The notes below the pieces were generated by a model. That model saw only the letters and a program-made list of their open reading frames with translations. It made no database searches and was not told the origin of the DNA. From positions 558,001 to 622,000 of the forward strand of contig CATNEN010000002.1 of NCBI GenBank assembly GCA_950097015.1: a DNA stretch of 64,000 bases. The letters are read 5' to 3'. This stretch comes from Macrostomum hystrix (Eukaryota; Animalia; Platyhelminthes). Of this stretch, positions 13,501 through 24,692 are shown piece by piece; the first letter of the stretch is position 1, and the number at the start of each line of letters is the position of its first letter. Position numbers and translations under genes: made by a program.

Positions 13501-14542
13501 GCACTCTTCTGCGCTAAAGTTCTATCTGGCACATGGCTTAAAGTTGACTAAAGTGCACAGAATGATTGAGTTCCGCCAAGAGCCAGTTTTTGCCTCATAC
13601 ATCAACAAGAATAGTGAGAAGCGATCGAATGCAAAGAATGCATTCGAAAAAGATTTCTACATATTCAAGAACAACAGTGTATTTGGCAAGGTAATGGAAA
13701 ATGTACGCAAGCGACGTGACATTAGAATTATCAATTCAACCGACAAAGCCAGGATCTATGCTGCCAATCCAAATTTAAAGTCCTTCACAATAGTTACAGA
13801 AAATCTAAGCATATTTGAGCTACAGAGGACAGAAGTCACTCTGGATCGTCCAATTCAAATGGGACAATGCGTCCTGGACCTATCAAAGATCGTTATGTAC
13901 GAGCTGCTCTACGACAAGTTGAAGCCATTACTTGAGCGTGATGGTGGGTGTGTTCGTGTCTGTGGCGGGGACACTGATTCGTTTTTTCTCTGCCTGGAAA
14001 ACATCGATGCTCAAAAGGAAGCTCTGCCTTTAATGGCTTTTCATGATCTGCTTGACACGTCCAACTTCCCAAAGGATGATGTACTTCACTCCGATCGCTT
14101 GAAGGCTAGGCTGGGATGTATTAAGGATGAGTCTACCGGTGTACTGAATGAAGAATGGGTCCTGCTGCGACCAAAATTGTATTCCTTCTTGACGACCAAG
14201 TCATCAGCCGACAAGAAGAAGGCGAAGGGCATTCAAGCATGCGTTGTCAAGCGGACTTTAACCCATGAAGACTAATTGCGAGTTTACAAGGACTCAACAC
14301 AGCTGTCACTCACTGTCCGTCGCATTGGAAGCATCAATCACCGATTGTTTACACTCAAACAGCAGAAGCTGGCTCTAAGCATCTGGGAGGATAAACGAGC
14401 CTGGATAGGTCCAAACTCAAGCCTCCCTTTCGGACACATTCGGCTTTTGCAACTGCAGGAGCAATGCGTTCTAGATGAAGAATCCCAGCTGACTGTTGAA
14501 CTCAATGAAAGGCCAAGGAAGCGAATGCTGTTACGACCTTAG
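10589..14542 (+). pseudogene. pPolB: Protein-primed family B DNA polymerase (pPolB), disrupted
   Basis: Motifs YADFE, EndoVII/HNH-like CxxC..WDHDHLTGAFRGAACSSCN, HNLRNYD, FIDS, KGVFPYDY, RGG, DANNLYG, NNSVFGK, DTDS, RPKLY, KAKG. Frameshifts near 10925 and 11490-11510; in-frame stops at 12398-12400 and 14273-14275. True start uncertain. Confidence 0.95.
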
Positions 14543-15357
14543 TCAGGTTGCTGCGACAACTGTCTTTTAATGGTCACTAGAAGTTATTAGTAGTTGATCT
14601 TTTTTGTGAGCATTTCTGTTTAATGAAGAGCAAATCGAATAAGAATAATTTGAATTCTACCGTTAAATCACAGCTTTGCTTTAAAGATGATTACTTCTAG
14701 TGGCCAGTCTTGTTTTTGTTTGACAGCATTTGTTGACAATTAGACTGTGCACAGCAGGACTAGTGCTTGTATTCTAACAGCCGTTATTGCTATCACTATA
14801 TTCTTTATTAATTCAGCTACCAATTATCTGCTTCTAATTAGTTTTGCATTGCAGCAAATTCAGCAACGAGAACTATTTTCATAGCTGACTATGAACTTTC
14901 TTTACAGTCTGGTAATATTTGTATTTTTATGGTTCTCATACAACTAATTTTATTGGCTGGTGGTGGTTGTGATCTATCTTTGATCATTTTGTTTAATTCG
15001 TTTTGTATGCTGCTTCGAATTTATATTTTGAGCGTAGCATATTTTGCTGTTATTTCTGGTGAATGATTTACTCATGCGATGCGATGCTTTGTTTCTCTGT
15101 TTGGTCTTTATTTTAACTTTCCATTTATTTCACAAAATGTTTATTTCCTTATGCATCATGTGTGTGTGTACTTATTTTCAATTACATCCAGCGCATCACG
15201 TTTGCCCGTCAAATGTAAAAAGCGTTGTTAATATCAGTCTAAAACCAGATTTTTTCGTGCAAAATAAATCAGACGGTTGAAGGCTTGAGGCATTTCATAT
15301 CAGCAAACATCCAAACGGGTTTAAATATGTCATTGATTTCTTAGTTTATTTATTTAT

Positions 15358-15724
15358 TTATTTGCGTACAGCCGTCAGCAAGCCTGCTAGTAAGGATAGG
15401 TCCGATTGTAGCATATATTCTGACTTTGCCCCGCTGAGCACAAATGAGCCATTGTGAAAAAGCATGCATTTACAGTATTCGAGCTGACACACTAATGCAG
15501 AAAAGCTTTCAGGTTCATATCTAGCATTCGGTAGCACATCATTGAGGCTTGTCAAGCATTGGGGGTTAGGCAAGTCAATCTTTCCATGTGCACTAATAGT
15601 TTTAATTCGTACACAAATGGACTGATGAGGCAGCAGTTGAGCAGGCACTCTGCGATGCAGCATAGCCACGAAGCGACGGGCAGCCCTGACTGAGTCCGAG
15701 TAGCTCCGGGCGCCACAGATGCTC
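15358..15724 (-). pseudogene. TBP-like gene, 3' part (codons 70-191)
   Basis: SICGARSYSDSVRAARRF..VRIKTISAHGKI..ARYEPESFSAL..MLFHNGSFVLSGAKS aligns with TBP VCTGAKSEEQSRLAARKY..FKIQNMVGS..SSYEPELFPGL..LIFVSGKVVLTGAK. Confidence 0.8.
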
Positions 15725-15732
15725 GGTTCTCT

Positions 15733-15793
15733 GTGGAAGCGTGCTGGGCCCATAACCCAGAGGTCCGTGGATCGAAACCACGCTCTGCTACCA
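15733..15793 (+). other. 61-nt DNA copy of the 3' part of initiator tRNA-Met including CCA (captured RT primer)
   Basis: GTGGAAGCGTGCTGGGCCCATAACCCAGAGGTCCGTGGATCGAAACCACGCTCTGCTACCA has the CAT anticodon and iMet-type GATCGAAA T-loop. First ~14 nt are absent; it lies 2 nt from the LTR end. Confidence 0.93.
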
Positions 15794-15795
15794 CT

Positions 15796-16046
15796 TGTGG
15801 CTCTTAGCCAAAACAAATTAAGCTAAGGCGGTGAACTTGTATTTCTCTTAGCAGGGTTAAGAAGGGGAGCCTTGGCCCCCGTGGTCGGCTTTATTTAATT
15901 GAGCTGGTACAGTTAATCTATGGGAAAAAGGGAAGGCTAGTATCCTAGTATTCTTGGTGGAACAAGTGGGGTTGTCTATGGAAATAAAAGAAAGTTAGAG
16001 TCGTAACTAAGTCTGAAATAAAAGTTCGTTTTAGACGCTACAAACA
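15796..16046 (-). repeat. Gypsy LTR (~250 bp)
   Basis: Starts TG directly after the PPT (alternatively at 16042), contains AATAAA, ends ...GCCACA, followed by AG and the PBS-like TGGTAGCAGAG. Confidence 0.8.
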
Positions 16047-16054
16047 CTCCCCCC

Positions 16055-17761
16055 TCAACGAGTAAGAACAGTTACATTGTCATTAAAATGGACGCGTTTT
16101 ATGGGGCGTTGTTGCACTTGAAAAACTGGGCTTATAACAGGGTTTGAATTGGTCATTGAGCGCGTCTGGGGTGCAGGATCTGGCAGACGTGCCGGTTTGA
16201 TGCGTTCGATTGATACCACTTGAGGTTTGCCCTTGATATCCAGGGTCATTGTGTCAGCGGAACGGTGGACGACCTTGAAAGGGCCCTGATATGGTGCTTC
16301 CAATGGTTTTCTCACGCGATCTAATCGAAGCCAAGCAAATTCACAGGTTGATAGGTCGGATGGAAGGTGAACTGGTCGATGCTGCGTCCGTGGCAGTCGG
16401 TACGGGAAGAATAAACTGTGAAGGCTTTGTGCGATTTTTCGATTGTTGGAATCGTCAGTAACGACTGGCGGAACAAGTGGTTGTTCGCCGGTTACGGTAG
16501 AAAAGGGAGAGTTACCAGTGTCATCCGGATGAATGCGCAGACCAAAAAGAACGACATTCAGTTGAGATAGCCATGAACGACCTCGTGCGCGAAGACTGGC
16601 TTTGAGAGAGCGATGAGAGCGTTCTATCATTCCGTTAGCTTTCGGATTGTAAGCTGAGGTGCGGATGTGGTGAACACCGAGAAGGGTCACCAGGTCGGCC
16701 ATCAGCTCTGAGCGAAACTGTGTCCCTTGATCAGTAACCAGGGTTAATGGTGGTCCAAAGCGACAGACCCAATGGTCGACAAAAGCACGTGCGACTGCAG
16801 CAGCCGAAATGGTTTGCAGCGGAACGGCTTCAATCCAGCGAGTAAATGAATCTATTACGGTAAGAAGGTAGCGGGGCTGCGGTGTTGATAAGTCGTCGGG
16901 CTCCGGAGGTGGAAGTGGTCCCACTAAATCCATGTGGACAGTCGTAAAACGCTGTGTGGGGCACGGTAGGAAATGAAGTGGGCGTTGAATGTGGCGCCCA
17001 ACTTTGGCGGCTTGGCACTGGAGACATGAAGCTGTCCAATTCTGTACGTCGGATTTCATACATGGCCAAAAAAAACGATGGGCAACTAGGCGTAGTGTGG
17101 CCTTGACTCCAGCATGTGAAATTTCGTGAAGAGCTAGGACGATCTGCCGACGTAGACTCTCCGGAACGAAAGGGCGAGGATTGGGTTGTGACGTCTCGCA
17201 GTAGAGTGGACAGTCAAGTAGACCAATGTCAAAAGGACTAAACTGGTCACCAGTTATTCCCATTTCTTTTTGTGCTCGCGCGATTGCCGGGAGGTCGGCA
17301 GGTAGTTGAATGATTGGGTTGTCTGCGTCTTCAATTACATTGACGGCGTATGTATCGGTGACATCGCGGGACAGAGTGTCAGCAACGACGTTTTTGGTGC
17401 CCGGGATATGTACAATTTCCGTGACGTATTCCGTGATGGTGGATAATTGGCGTTGCTGTCGATCCGAGAGGCGTTCTTTGGTACTATGGAACGCGCCTAT
17501 CAGTGGTTTGTGGTCGCAAAACACAGTTGTCGGATGACCATGAATGAGATGGCGCCAGGTTTTTACTGCAGCGAACACAGCCAGGAGCTCACGGTCGAAG
17601 GCGCTGTATGAGCATTCGGTAGTTGTTAGCTTACGTGAGAAAAACGCTATCGGTGAGGAGTTTCCTTCAACTACCTGATGAAGACTGGCACCAATCGCAA
17701 AAGAACTGGCGTCGGACGTTATGGTGAAAGTAGCTGTAGGATCAGGAAAGGCGAGGGTAAC
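16055..17761 (-). pseudogene. pol: Gypsy pol, RNase H C-part and integrase
   Basis: ORF 16055-17578: CDHKPL, LHEISH..CLQC, HMDLVGP, TDQGTQF, NGMIERSHR, APYQGPF. Confidence 0.93.
17414..17761. repeat. 348-bp direct repeat (second copy 21554-21901) flanking the LINE insertion
   Basis: AATTTCCGTGACG...GCGAGGGTAAC appears identical on both sides of 17762-21553. Confidence 0.95.
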
Positions 17762-20700
17762 TTGACTTACTTGACTTAGCGGCAGGGGGCCTCCATGACG
17801 GACGCAGCGAGGAGGCGGCTGTTGCCGCCCATATCGCTAACCCCTGGCAGCCAGACGGCCTCCAGCGAGGCGGTGCCGCTCAGGGTGGTCCGTCGGTCGG
17901 TTCCGCCGCGCGATCTTCCTCGCCATAGGCTGGGAAGAAATCAGCTCGGCCGGTATCCCGGAGGAAGTGGGCGAGCTGAGGGATGTTCTCGGGCGAGCAG
18001 GCTTCGGCAAGAGTCGGTGCCGGCCCGAGGTGTTTTAGCCTAGCCCGGGTGAAGGCCGGGCAGTGGCAAATGAAATGCTCGGCGTTTTCACGGCCGGAGC
18101 AGCAGAAAGGACACGTTTCCTCAGGCACGTGGCCTTGGAGGTAGCGGTGTCTGGTGAAGCAGCCATGTCCCGAAAGGGCCATGGTGACTGCTCTCAGGTC
18201 TCTGCGGTTTAGCCTGAGTAAGGCCTTACGCAGGTTACTAGAGGGGGTTGGCACCGCAGCCCTGGACTGGCGACAGTTCAGGGTGCTGGACCACCTCCTC
18301 CGGTGCTGGGTCTCCATCCAGTGGTTGATGCTGGAGTTGACAACGGAGGCGGGGATCGGGGATTCCGGGCCCGGGCCCATCAGGGAGCTGGCTGCTCCAG
18401 CCTTTGCAAGCTCGTCCGCCATCTCATTCCCTGTGAGCCCGGCGTGCCCAGGGATCCACATCAGCTCCACCTTGTTAGACTGCGCCAAACCGTTTAACTG
18501 GGTGTTGCAGTCCAAGGTGGTTCTGGAGCGAGAGGTGCAGCGACTGAGGGCCTTGAGGGCTGCTTGACTGTCGGAGTGAAAAAAGATCCTCCGACCAGCC
18601 AGCTGCCTCTGGCGCAGCTCAGCCGCACAGAAGCTGATGGCGAGCATTTCGTTTTGGAAAACGCTTGAGCTCTTGCCACAGTGTTGGGAGTGGGTCCAGA
18701 GGACCTCGCCACCCGAGGCGACGCACACCCCGAATCCCGATTTACCGTTCATCAGGGAGCCGTCAGTGTAACAGTGGACTGCGGGGTCATCCCAGCAGTC
18801 CTTTACCTCATTACGAGGGAAGATGCTGACTTTGTACCTGTGGCTCCGGAGTAAAGTGGCCGGGGCCCCGTCCGAAAGGATGGTGAGCCCTCCGCACTCG
18901 CCCAGAGTTTTCAGGCAGAGGTCAGAGTGGGGCAGAAGGGAGCGCTTCGAGAAGGCTCGCGAATTCTGGAAGGATACACCCGCATCAAGGAGACGACGGG
19001 TGGACTTTGCCGCTTCCCCCTTAACAAAAATTGTCAATGGGTGTAGCGTTGAGGAAAGCGTTCATGCCTTCAAAGGGAGTGGAGGGTGGGGCGCCCAGCG
19101 TCATGCGACAGGCTCTGCCCTGCACCCTATAAAGCGCCTCCAGGTTTTTCTGGATGCTCATGGCACTGGCCCAGATGAGGCCAGCGTAAGCGACTGACGG
19201 TCTAATGATCGCCGTGTAAATCCACCAAAGGTTTTTGGGGGTTAGCCCCCAAGTGGTGCCCACGGCTCGCCTGACTTGCGCCAGAATGGCCAGGGCCCTC
19301 TTGGCCTTTGTGGTAATGTGCGGGGTCCAGTTAAGCCTATGGTCTAGCAGGATACCAAGGCACCGGACCTGCTTTTCCATGGCAATATTCTTGCCATAGA
19401 GAGTCAGAGGCTCAATGGTCCAGCGCAGCCTGCTGGTAAACATAACCGCAACGGTCTTGGACTCAGAGAGTCGGAGCCCGCATTGGTCCGCCCAGCGCAC
19501 CGCCCTGTTGATAAAGCCCTGAATGAGGTCCCTGGTGGTTTCCGCCGAGGGGCCCGCGCAGATGGCGGTCACATCGTCGGCATATCCCACCTTCAGGACT
19601 GGGTCAGGCCGAGTGCTTTTTAGCAGCTCATCCATGACGAGATTCCACAGCAGTGGGGTGAGGACGCCACCTTGGGGCCCTCCTTTTAGGACAGGTGCCG
19701 AGAGCACCCTGCCTTCGAGGTGGGCCACCACGTGGCGATTCCGGATCATGTACATGACCCAACGGACGAGGTGGGGGTGAGTGGCCCTGGAAACCAGGGC
19801 CTTCTCAAAGGCTTCGAAAATAACGTTATCGAAGGCCCCCTCAATATCAAGGAAAACAGCCAGGGCAAAACCGCTGCCCAGCACTGCCTTCTCGAGAGTC
19901 TCCACAATGCAGTGGAGGGCGCTCTCCGTGGACCGGCCCGCCCGAAAGGCGTGCTGGTTTGGTGAGAGCGGGGCCCGCCCTAGCTCTACAGTAAGAAGGC
20001 GCCAGAGCACCAGTCTTTCCATGAGCTTGAGGCAGGTGGAAGTCAAGCTTATCGGGCGATAAGACTTGACCGAGCGATAGTCGCCTTTGGCGGGCTTCGG
20101 GATGAAGACGACCCGGGCTTCATGCCACCGCGCTGGTACGTAGCCCAGCACGATGCAGGCCCGTAGAAGTCTGCAGAGGAGATGGAGGAAGCGGCCATTT
20201 TTAACCGCTTCATGCAGAAAGGCCGGATATATACCATCTGGCCCAGGTGCTTTAAAAGGATTGAATGACTTAGCCGCGCGAACGATGCGGTCATTCGTAA
20301 CGAGTGACTGAGCCAGGCCCTGACCTCCACGCGAGTGGTCGTCTGGGCCGAAGTGCGCCGGTACACTCGGGAAGAAATGCCCTAGCATAAGCTCGAGCGT
20401 TTCCTCCGGGCGCTCAGTGATCGAGCCGTCCGGCTTTTTAATCGATGAGAGCTTGGAGAAGCGGTCGTTGGTGAGCGCCTTTACCACGCGGGCCGTGGGC
20501 CGCGAGCCCTCAAGCCCTTCGCAGTATTGTCGCCACTTGTCCGCTTTTGCCCTTCTGACCCGGCCCTTAAACTCATGGATGGCGCGAGTATAGGCCTCTT
20601 TGTCATCAGGGTCGTGCGAGGTTTTCAGCTTCCTCTGGAGAGCCTTAGCTCGGCGTCTTAGGACTCCGAGCTCGGGGTTCCACCAGGGGGCCGATTTTTT

Positions 20701-21553
20701 GCCTTTGTAGGCTTTGAGCGGGCAAGCCATTTCGTAGGCCTCTGTGATGGCGCCGCCCAGCAGGGCAGCCACTCCATCCAGGTCCTGCGTGGTTTCCATG
20801 GCCATGGAGGGGTCAGAATCCCGAAGGCCCTCATGCAGCTTTTGGCTGAACGCGGGCCAGTCGGTATTTCTGACATTACGCCTCCAAATAGGCTTTTGCT
20901 TCTTATCGGGGGTGCCGATGTTGAAACGGATGAAACGGTGGTCCGAGAGCGAGCTTTCGGTCTCCCACACCTCCCACCCCAGCACCCTTGGGAGGATGCC
21001 GGGTGAGGCCAGGGTGACGTCAAGCACCTCAGCCCACCGCCCATTGTCGAAAGTGGGCGTGTTGCCCACATTGCAGAAGTTTAGAGGCGTGCCGCTGACG
21101 AAGGCCAGGAGCTCTTCGCCGCGGTCATTGATTTTTGAGCTACCCCAGTGGGTGTGATGCGAGTTTACATCTCCCGCGAGGAGCAGCTCGAAGTTTCGTG
21201 CCCTGGCGAATTCACAGAGGGCGACGAGGGTATCGCTAACCACGGGGGCGTCGCCTGCCAGGTAGGCGGATGCCACGAGGGTCAACTTGTTAGGCACAAT
21301 GTGTGCAGATTGGATGACGCAGATGTCCCCGTTAGAGAGATCGGGTCTCATCCACGCATTTAAGGCTTTTGCGGCATAGATCAGTGATCTAGGGCGGACA
21401 GAGTCTGCCATGCAGAAGCAGTCATAGCCAGCAGGAATGTTGCTTGGCTTGTTCTTTGATAGCCAGGGCTCCTGCACAAGTACAAGGCCCGGCATCATGC
21501 GCTCTGTCGTGCGCATCAGATTGACTGATGCTGCCACGCAGTGCTGGGTGTTA
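17762..21553 (-). mobile_element. Non-LTR retrotransposon (LOA/I-group-like), ORF2 plus 3' UTR, 5'-truncated at the APE start
   Basis: APE (QEP, GDVN, DVTL, SDH), RT (FLDIEGAFD, GPQGG, YADD), RNase H (YTDGS, SDSQ, WIPGH, GNEMAD), C-terminal CCHC. Tail (TAAGTCAAG)x2. Confidence 0.92.
17880..21552 (-). pseudogene. LINE ORF2 (APE-RT-RNase H-CCHC) with one +1 frameshift
   Basis: ORFs 19021-21537 and 17880-19037 join if one T is removed from the T run near 19026-19030 (IDNF-VKGE). Confidence 0.9.
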
Positions 21554-23200
21554 AATTTCCGTGACGTATTCCGTGATGGTGGATAATTGGCGTTGCTGTC
21601 GATCCGAGAGGCGTTCTTTGGTACTATGGAACGCGCCTATCAGTGGTTTGTGGTCGCAAAACACAGTTGTCGGATGACCATGAATGAGATGGCGCCAGGT
21701 TTTTACTGCAGCGAACACAGCCAGGAGCTCACGGTCGAAGGCGCTGTATGAGCATTCGGTAGTTGTTAGCTTACGTGAGAAAAACGCTATCGGTGAGGAG
21801 TTTCCTTCAACTACCTGATGAAGACTGGCACCAATCGCAAAAGAACTGGCGTCGGACGTTATGGTGAAAGTAGCTGTAGGATCAGGAAAGGCGAGGGTAA
21901 CAGCGGAGGATAAACTATCCTTAAGTTTCTGGAAAGCTGCATCGTGGTGAGCAGTCCACTCGTAGGAGTCATCACTCAATGATCGAAGAGGTTGAATAAT
22001 GTGGGCGTAGTTTGGAATGTGACGTTGATAGAAACCAAACATACCCAGTATTCTCTGTAGACTCTTGAAATCGCGCGGAGGTGAGAGTTTGCGAAGTGCG
22101 TCTAGACGAGATGGAATTGGTTGAATGCCTTGGGCAGAGATTAGGTGACCGAGGAATTCAATTTCCTTTTGAAAAAATTGACATTTTTCAGGATTTACTC
22201 GCAAGCCTTCATGGCGCAGTCTCTGTAAAACGGATTCCACATCCCTGTGGTGCTCCTCCTCCGATTTGCTGTGGATCAGGACGTCGTCAACATACGTGAT
22301 TGCACAATCCAGACCACGGAAAAGGGAGTCGATGAACCGTTGAAATGTACTGCCGGAGTTCCGCAGGCCGAATGGCATCCTCGTGTATTCAAAGGATCCA
22401 AAAGGGGTGCAAATCGCGGTTTTGGCAATGTCCTCCTCAGCCATAGGAATGAAGTGGTATGCCTTGACAAGATCCAGTTTGCTGAAAACATTGCTGCCTC
22501 GTAGGTGGTGATGAAAATGTCGAAGATGAGGCAACGGATATCGGTCGGGAGTTGTTACGCTGTTAAGGGCGCGGTAGTCTCCACACGGTCACCAAGATCC
22601 GTCGGGCTTCTTGACCATGTGGAGCGGTGAGGCCCACGGACTAGAAGACGGGCGAACGATGCCCATTTGCAGGAGCTTGTCAAATTCAGCTTTGGCAACA
22701 GCATACTTAGCAGGAGACAGTGGGCGAGGTTTGCAGAATACTGGTTTTCCAGTGGTGATGATTTGATGAGTCACTGGCGTTGCAGGAAGGACTGAGTAAT
22801 CGGGCGAAGCCGTTAGATCAGGAAACGGCAATAGAACGTGACTAACTGGTGCGGCAGCAACAACATGAACAGAGGGAGGTATAAAACCTTTGGTGTGTTC
22901 AAAACACAGTGGTGCGGAAAGGGAAGTGAGTGGGTCGCGGATGCATCTGGAACCCATGTCGATAAGCAGTTCGTATTGAGTCAAAAAATCCGAGCCGAGT
23001 ATAGGGGCCGTGTTAGCAATAATGAAATTGACACGAAACATACGCCGCAGGCCATTAATGGAGAATGTGACCGACGATTGACCATGCAGATGAATTTCGT
23101 GACCGCTGAGTCCTCGGAGGCGGACGTTACAGGGAGATATGAGGTTGAGCGGAACGAAACTTGGAGGGAGCAGAGATCTGGAAAGAGCAGAGCAGAGCAG
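21554..23200 (-). pseudogene. pol: Gypsy pol, truncated protease, RT and RNase H N-part
   Basis: Starts after the protease catalytic motif; ILGSDFL, SPWASP, stop TGA at 22589-22591 in place of R of DGSWR, LDLVKAY, YVDD. Confidence 0.92.
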
Positions 23201-23409
23201 AGTTGACCGGTGGGATAGAGCAGCAGAGTGACTCCCGGATCCCGCATCCTCTTGATGAGCACTCGGGGCCAAACGGGTCGGTAGATGACATGAGCCATGC
23301 TGAGAGCCAGTTCCCGTAGAGGAAGTTGGGCGCCCCTGCCTCCAGCCAGTCTCAGATCCACGCCACCGACCAGGTTGGTCACTCTCAGAGTTGACAAAGG
23401 TGTACTCAT
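23201..23409 (-). pseudogene. TBP-like gene, 5' part (codons 1-70)
   Basis: LRVTNLVGGVDL..LPLRELALSMAHVIYRPVWPRVLIKRMRDPGVTLLLYPTGQL aligns with TBP [52 protein letters not shown]. Confidence 0.8.
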
Positions 23410-23944
23410 TTCCGATGTTTTTTCTGCTTGCGGTAGTGTAGTTGCTGATTTCGTTGAAAGTGCTGATGCCTTTTGAATGGTGCTGACACACCTCGCTTCT
23501 TAAGCTTATGGAAAACTTGGGCTTCAACCAGCTGTAGTACATTAATGTATTTTTTAATGCGCAGCCGGTATTAGATTGTTCGACTAAAGGTCCTCCCAGG
23601 TCCTCAAGGTTGTACACCTGTTGGCCAAGAAGTTCAGTTAGAAAAGCGGACTTCCTCGCTCCGCTAGTCCAAGTTGGGCCGTAAGAAATTTTGGGAATGT
23701 CAGTTTTTAATTTCTTGTAAGATCGGGTTCCATCGTTCCATTTGAGCCGGTGCAGATTCCTTGAGAGTTTTCTGTAGTGCACTCGCATCTCATGCGAGAT
23801 CATTTCCCATGCATATGGTGAGGAATAAAGATGATGAGTGATATTGTAACTGCCTGCTCGGACTTCAACAACCGCCAGCTCCTTCACAATGAAACCACTA
23901 CTTGATCTCTCACATGGAAAGCCTTGGAAGTCAATATAGTTCAT
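23410..23944 (-). CDS. Polinton accessory protein, DEDD/DnaQ-like exonuclease-fold candidate (3' end uncertain)
   Basis: MNYIDFQGF...FIVKELAV...SPYAW...LHRLKWNDG...VYNLEDLG...CALKN; resembles uncharacterised Maverick ORFs as I recall them. No stop before the TBP-like start. Confidence 0.5.
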
Positions 23945-23987
23945 TATTGGCAATATCGAATATCGAAAGAAAATACAGACAGCCGAT

Positions 23988-24692
23988 TTAATTTCCTTTC
24001 TTAAATAGTTTCTTTCTGCCCAGCTGTAACCAGGCTCTCTCGCTCCCAAGTCCCTTGACTGTATGATGAGCACAGTCTAGAGCTTCCGCCTCTAGAGAGG
24101 CTGCTGGCTTGGAAATAAGCTTTCTCACTGATTTCCCTATCGCTGAAGCTGGAATGTTTAGCTTGCTGTCTTGAAGCAATAAAACAAACTCACTCCAGCC
24201 CACCGGCTCGCTGTCGCATTTTGAATCCCTCACTGCAGTATGAAAGAGATCCATGATGTTTGAGGATGGTATTCTCTGCCCAGCCATTTGCACCTCGCCG
24301 TTTTCGAACACCTGGATGAGGGAGGGATTATCAGATAGGATGGCCCATAGACTGCGAGCCCTGGTTTTGAATTTCTGGGGCACGGACTGGACAATCTTTT
24401 CAGCCCAGCTGCTCGGCAGCATCTCTGCTTTCTGTTTCTTTGCCGCTTCACTCTCTCCTGCTACACTCTCCTTTCCAACTTGCTTGTGCTTGGACAACAA
24501 ACTTTTCATAGCGTTCTGGTACATGGCTGTCTTCACATTGTCTGGGCAATCGTCGGCATACAATATATCATCACATTTAATCTGTGCCTGCTTTACCGCA
24601 ATGTCTCCTGCAGACTCATTGGGTTTCACATTAATCATTAGCATGTCATACTCAGACTTGGGAATCAGAACCATCTCAGAGAACTTGTTCAT
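23988..24692 (-). CDS. Conserved uncharacterised Polinton protein (PZ-like, tentative)
   Basis: MVLIP..Y start and NGEV..G..IPSSNIMDL...PVGW.EF...L...NIP pattern typical of Maverick core ORFs; position within the morphogenesis cluster. Confidence 0.6.
   Translation of the reverse strand: MNKFSEMVLIPKSEYDMLMINVKPNESAGDIAVKQAQIKCDDILYADDCPDNVKTAMYQNAMKSLLSKHKQVGKESVAGESEAAKKQKAEMLPSSWAEKIVQSVPQKFKTRARSLWAILSDNPSLIQVFENGEVQMAGQRIPSSNIMDLFHTAVRDSKCDSEPVGWSEFVLLLQDSKLNIPASAIGKSVRKLISKPAASLEAEALDCAHHTVKGLGSERAWLQLGRKKLFKKGN

Larger units (their letters stand above)
15733..23200 (-). mobile_element. 5'-truncated Ty3/Gypsy LTR retrotransposon copy (PR-RT-RH-IN, PPT, single LTR, tRNA tail), no TSD
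   Basis: Gypsy domain order; YVDD RT, DAS RNase H, HHCC + DDE + GPY/F integrase; PPT GAGGGGGGAG at 16056-16047. No gag or 5' LTR. Confidence 0.93.

Noticed and set aside
15733-15793. Functional tRNA-Met gene
   Set aside because: Lacks the first ~14 nt and has genomically encoded CCA abutting an LTR; it is a primer copy.
15358-15816. 152-aa ORF as a standalone gene
   Set aside because: The first 31 codons come from LTR, tRNA and filler; the rest is the 3' part of the split TBP-like gene.
17795-21363. Numerous overlapping ORFs on other frames and strands of the LINE
   Set aside because: Shadow ORFs of GC-rich coding sequence with no motifs.
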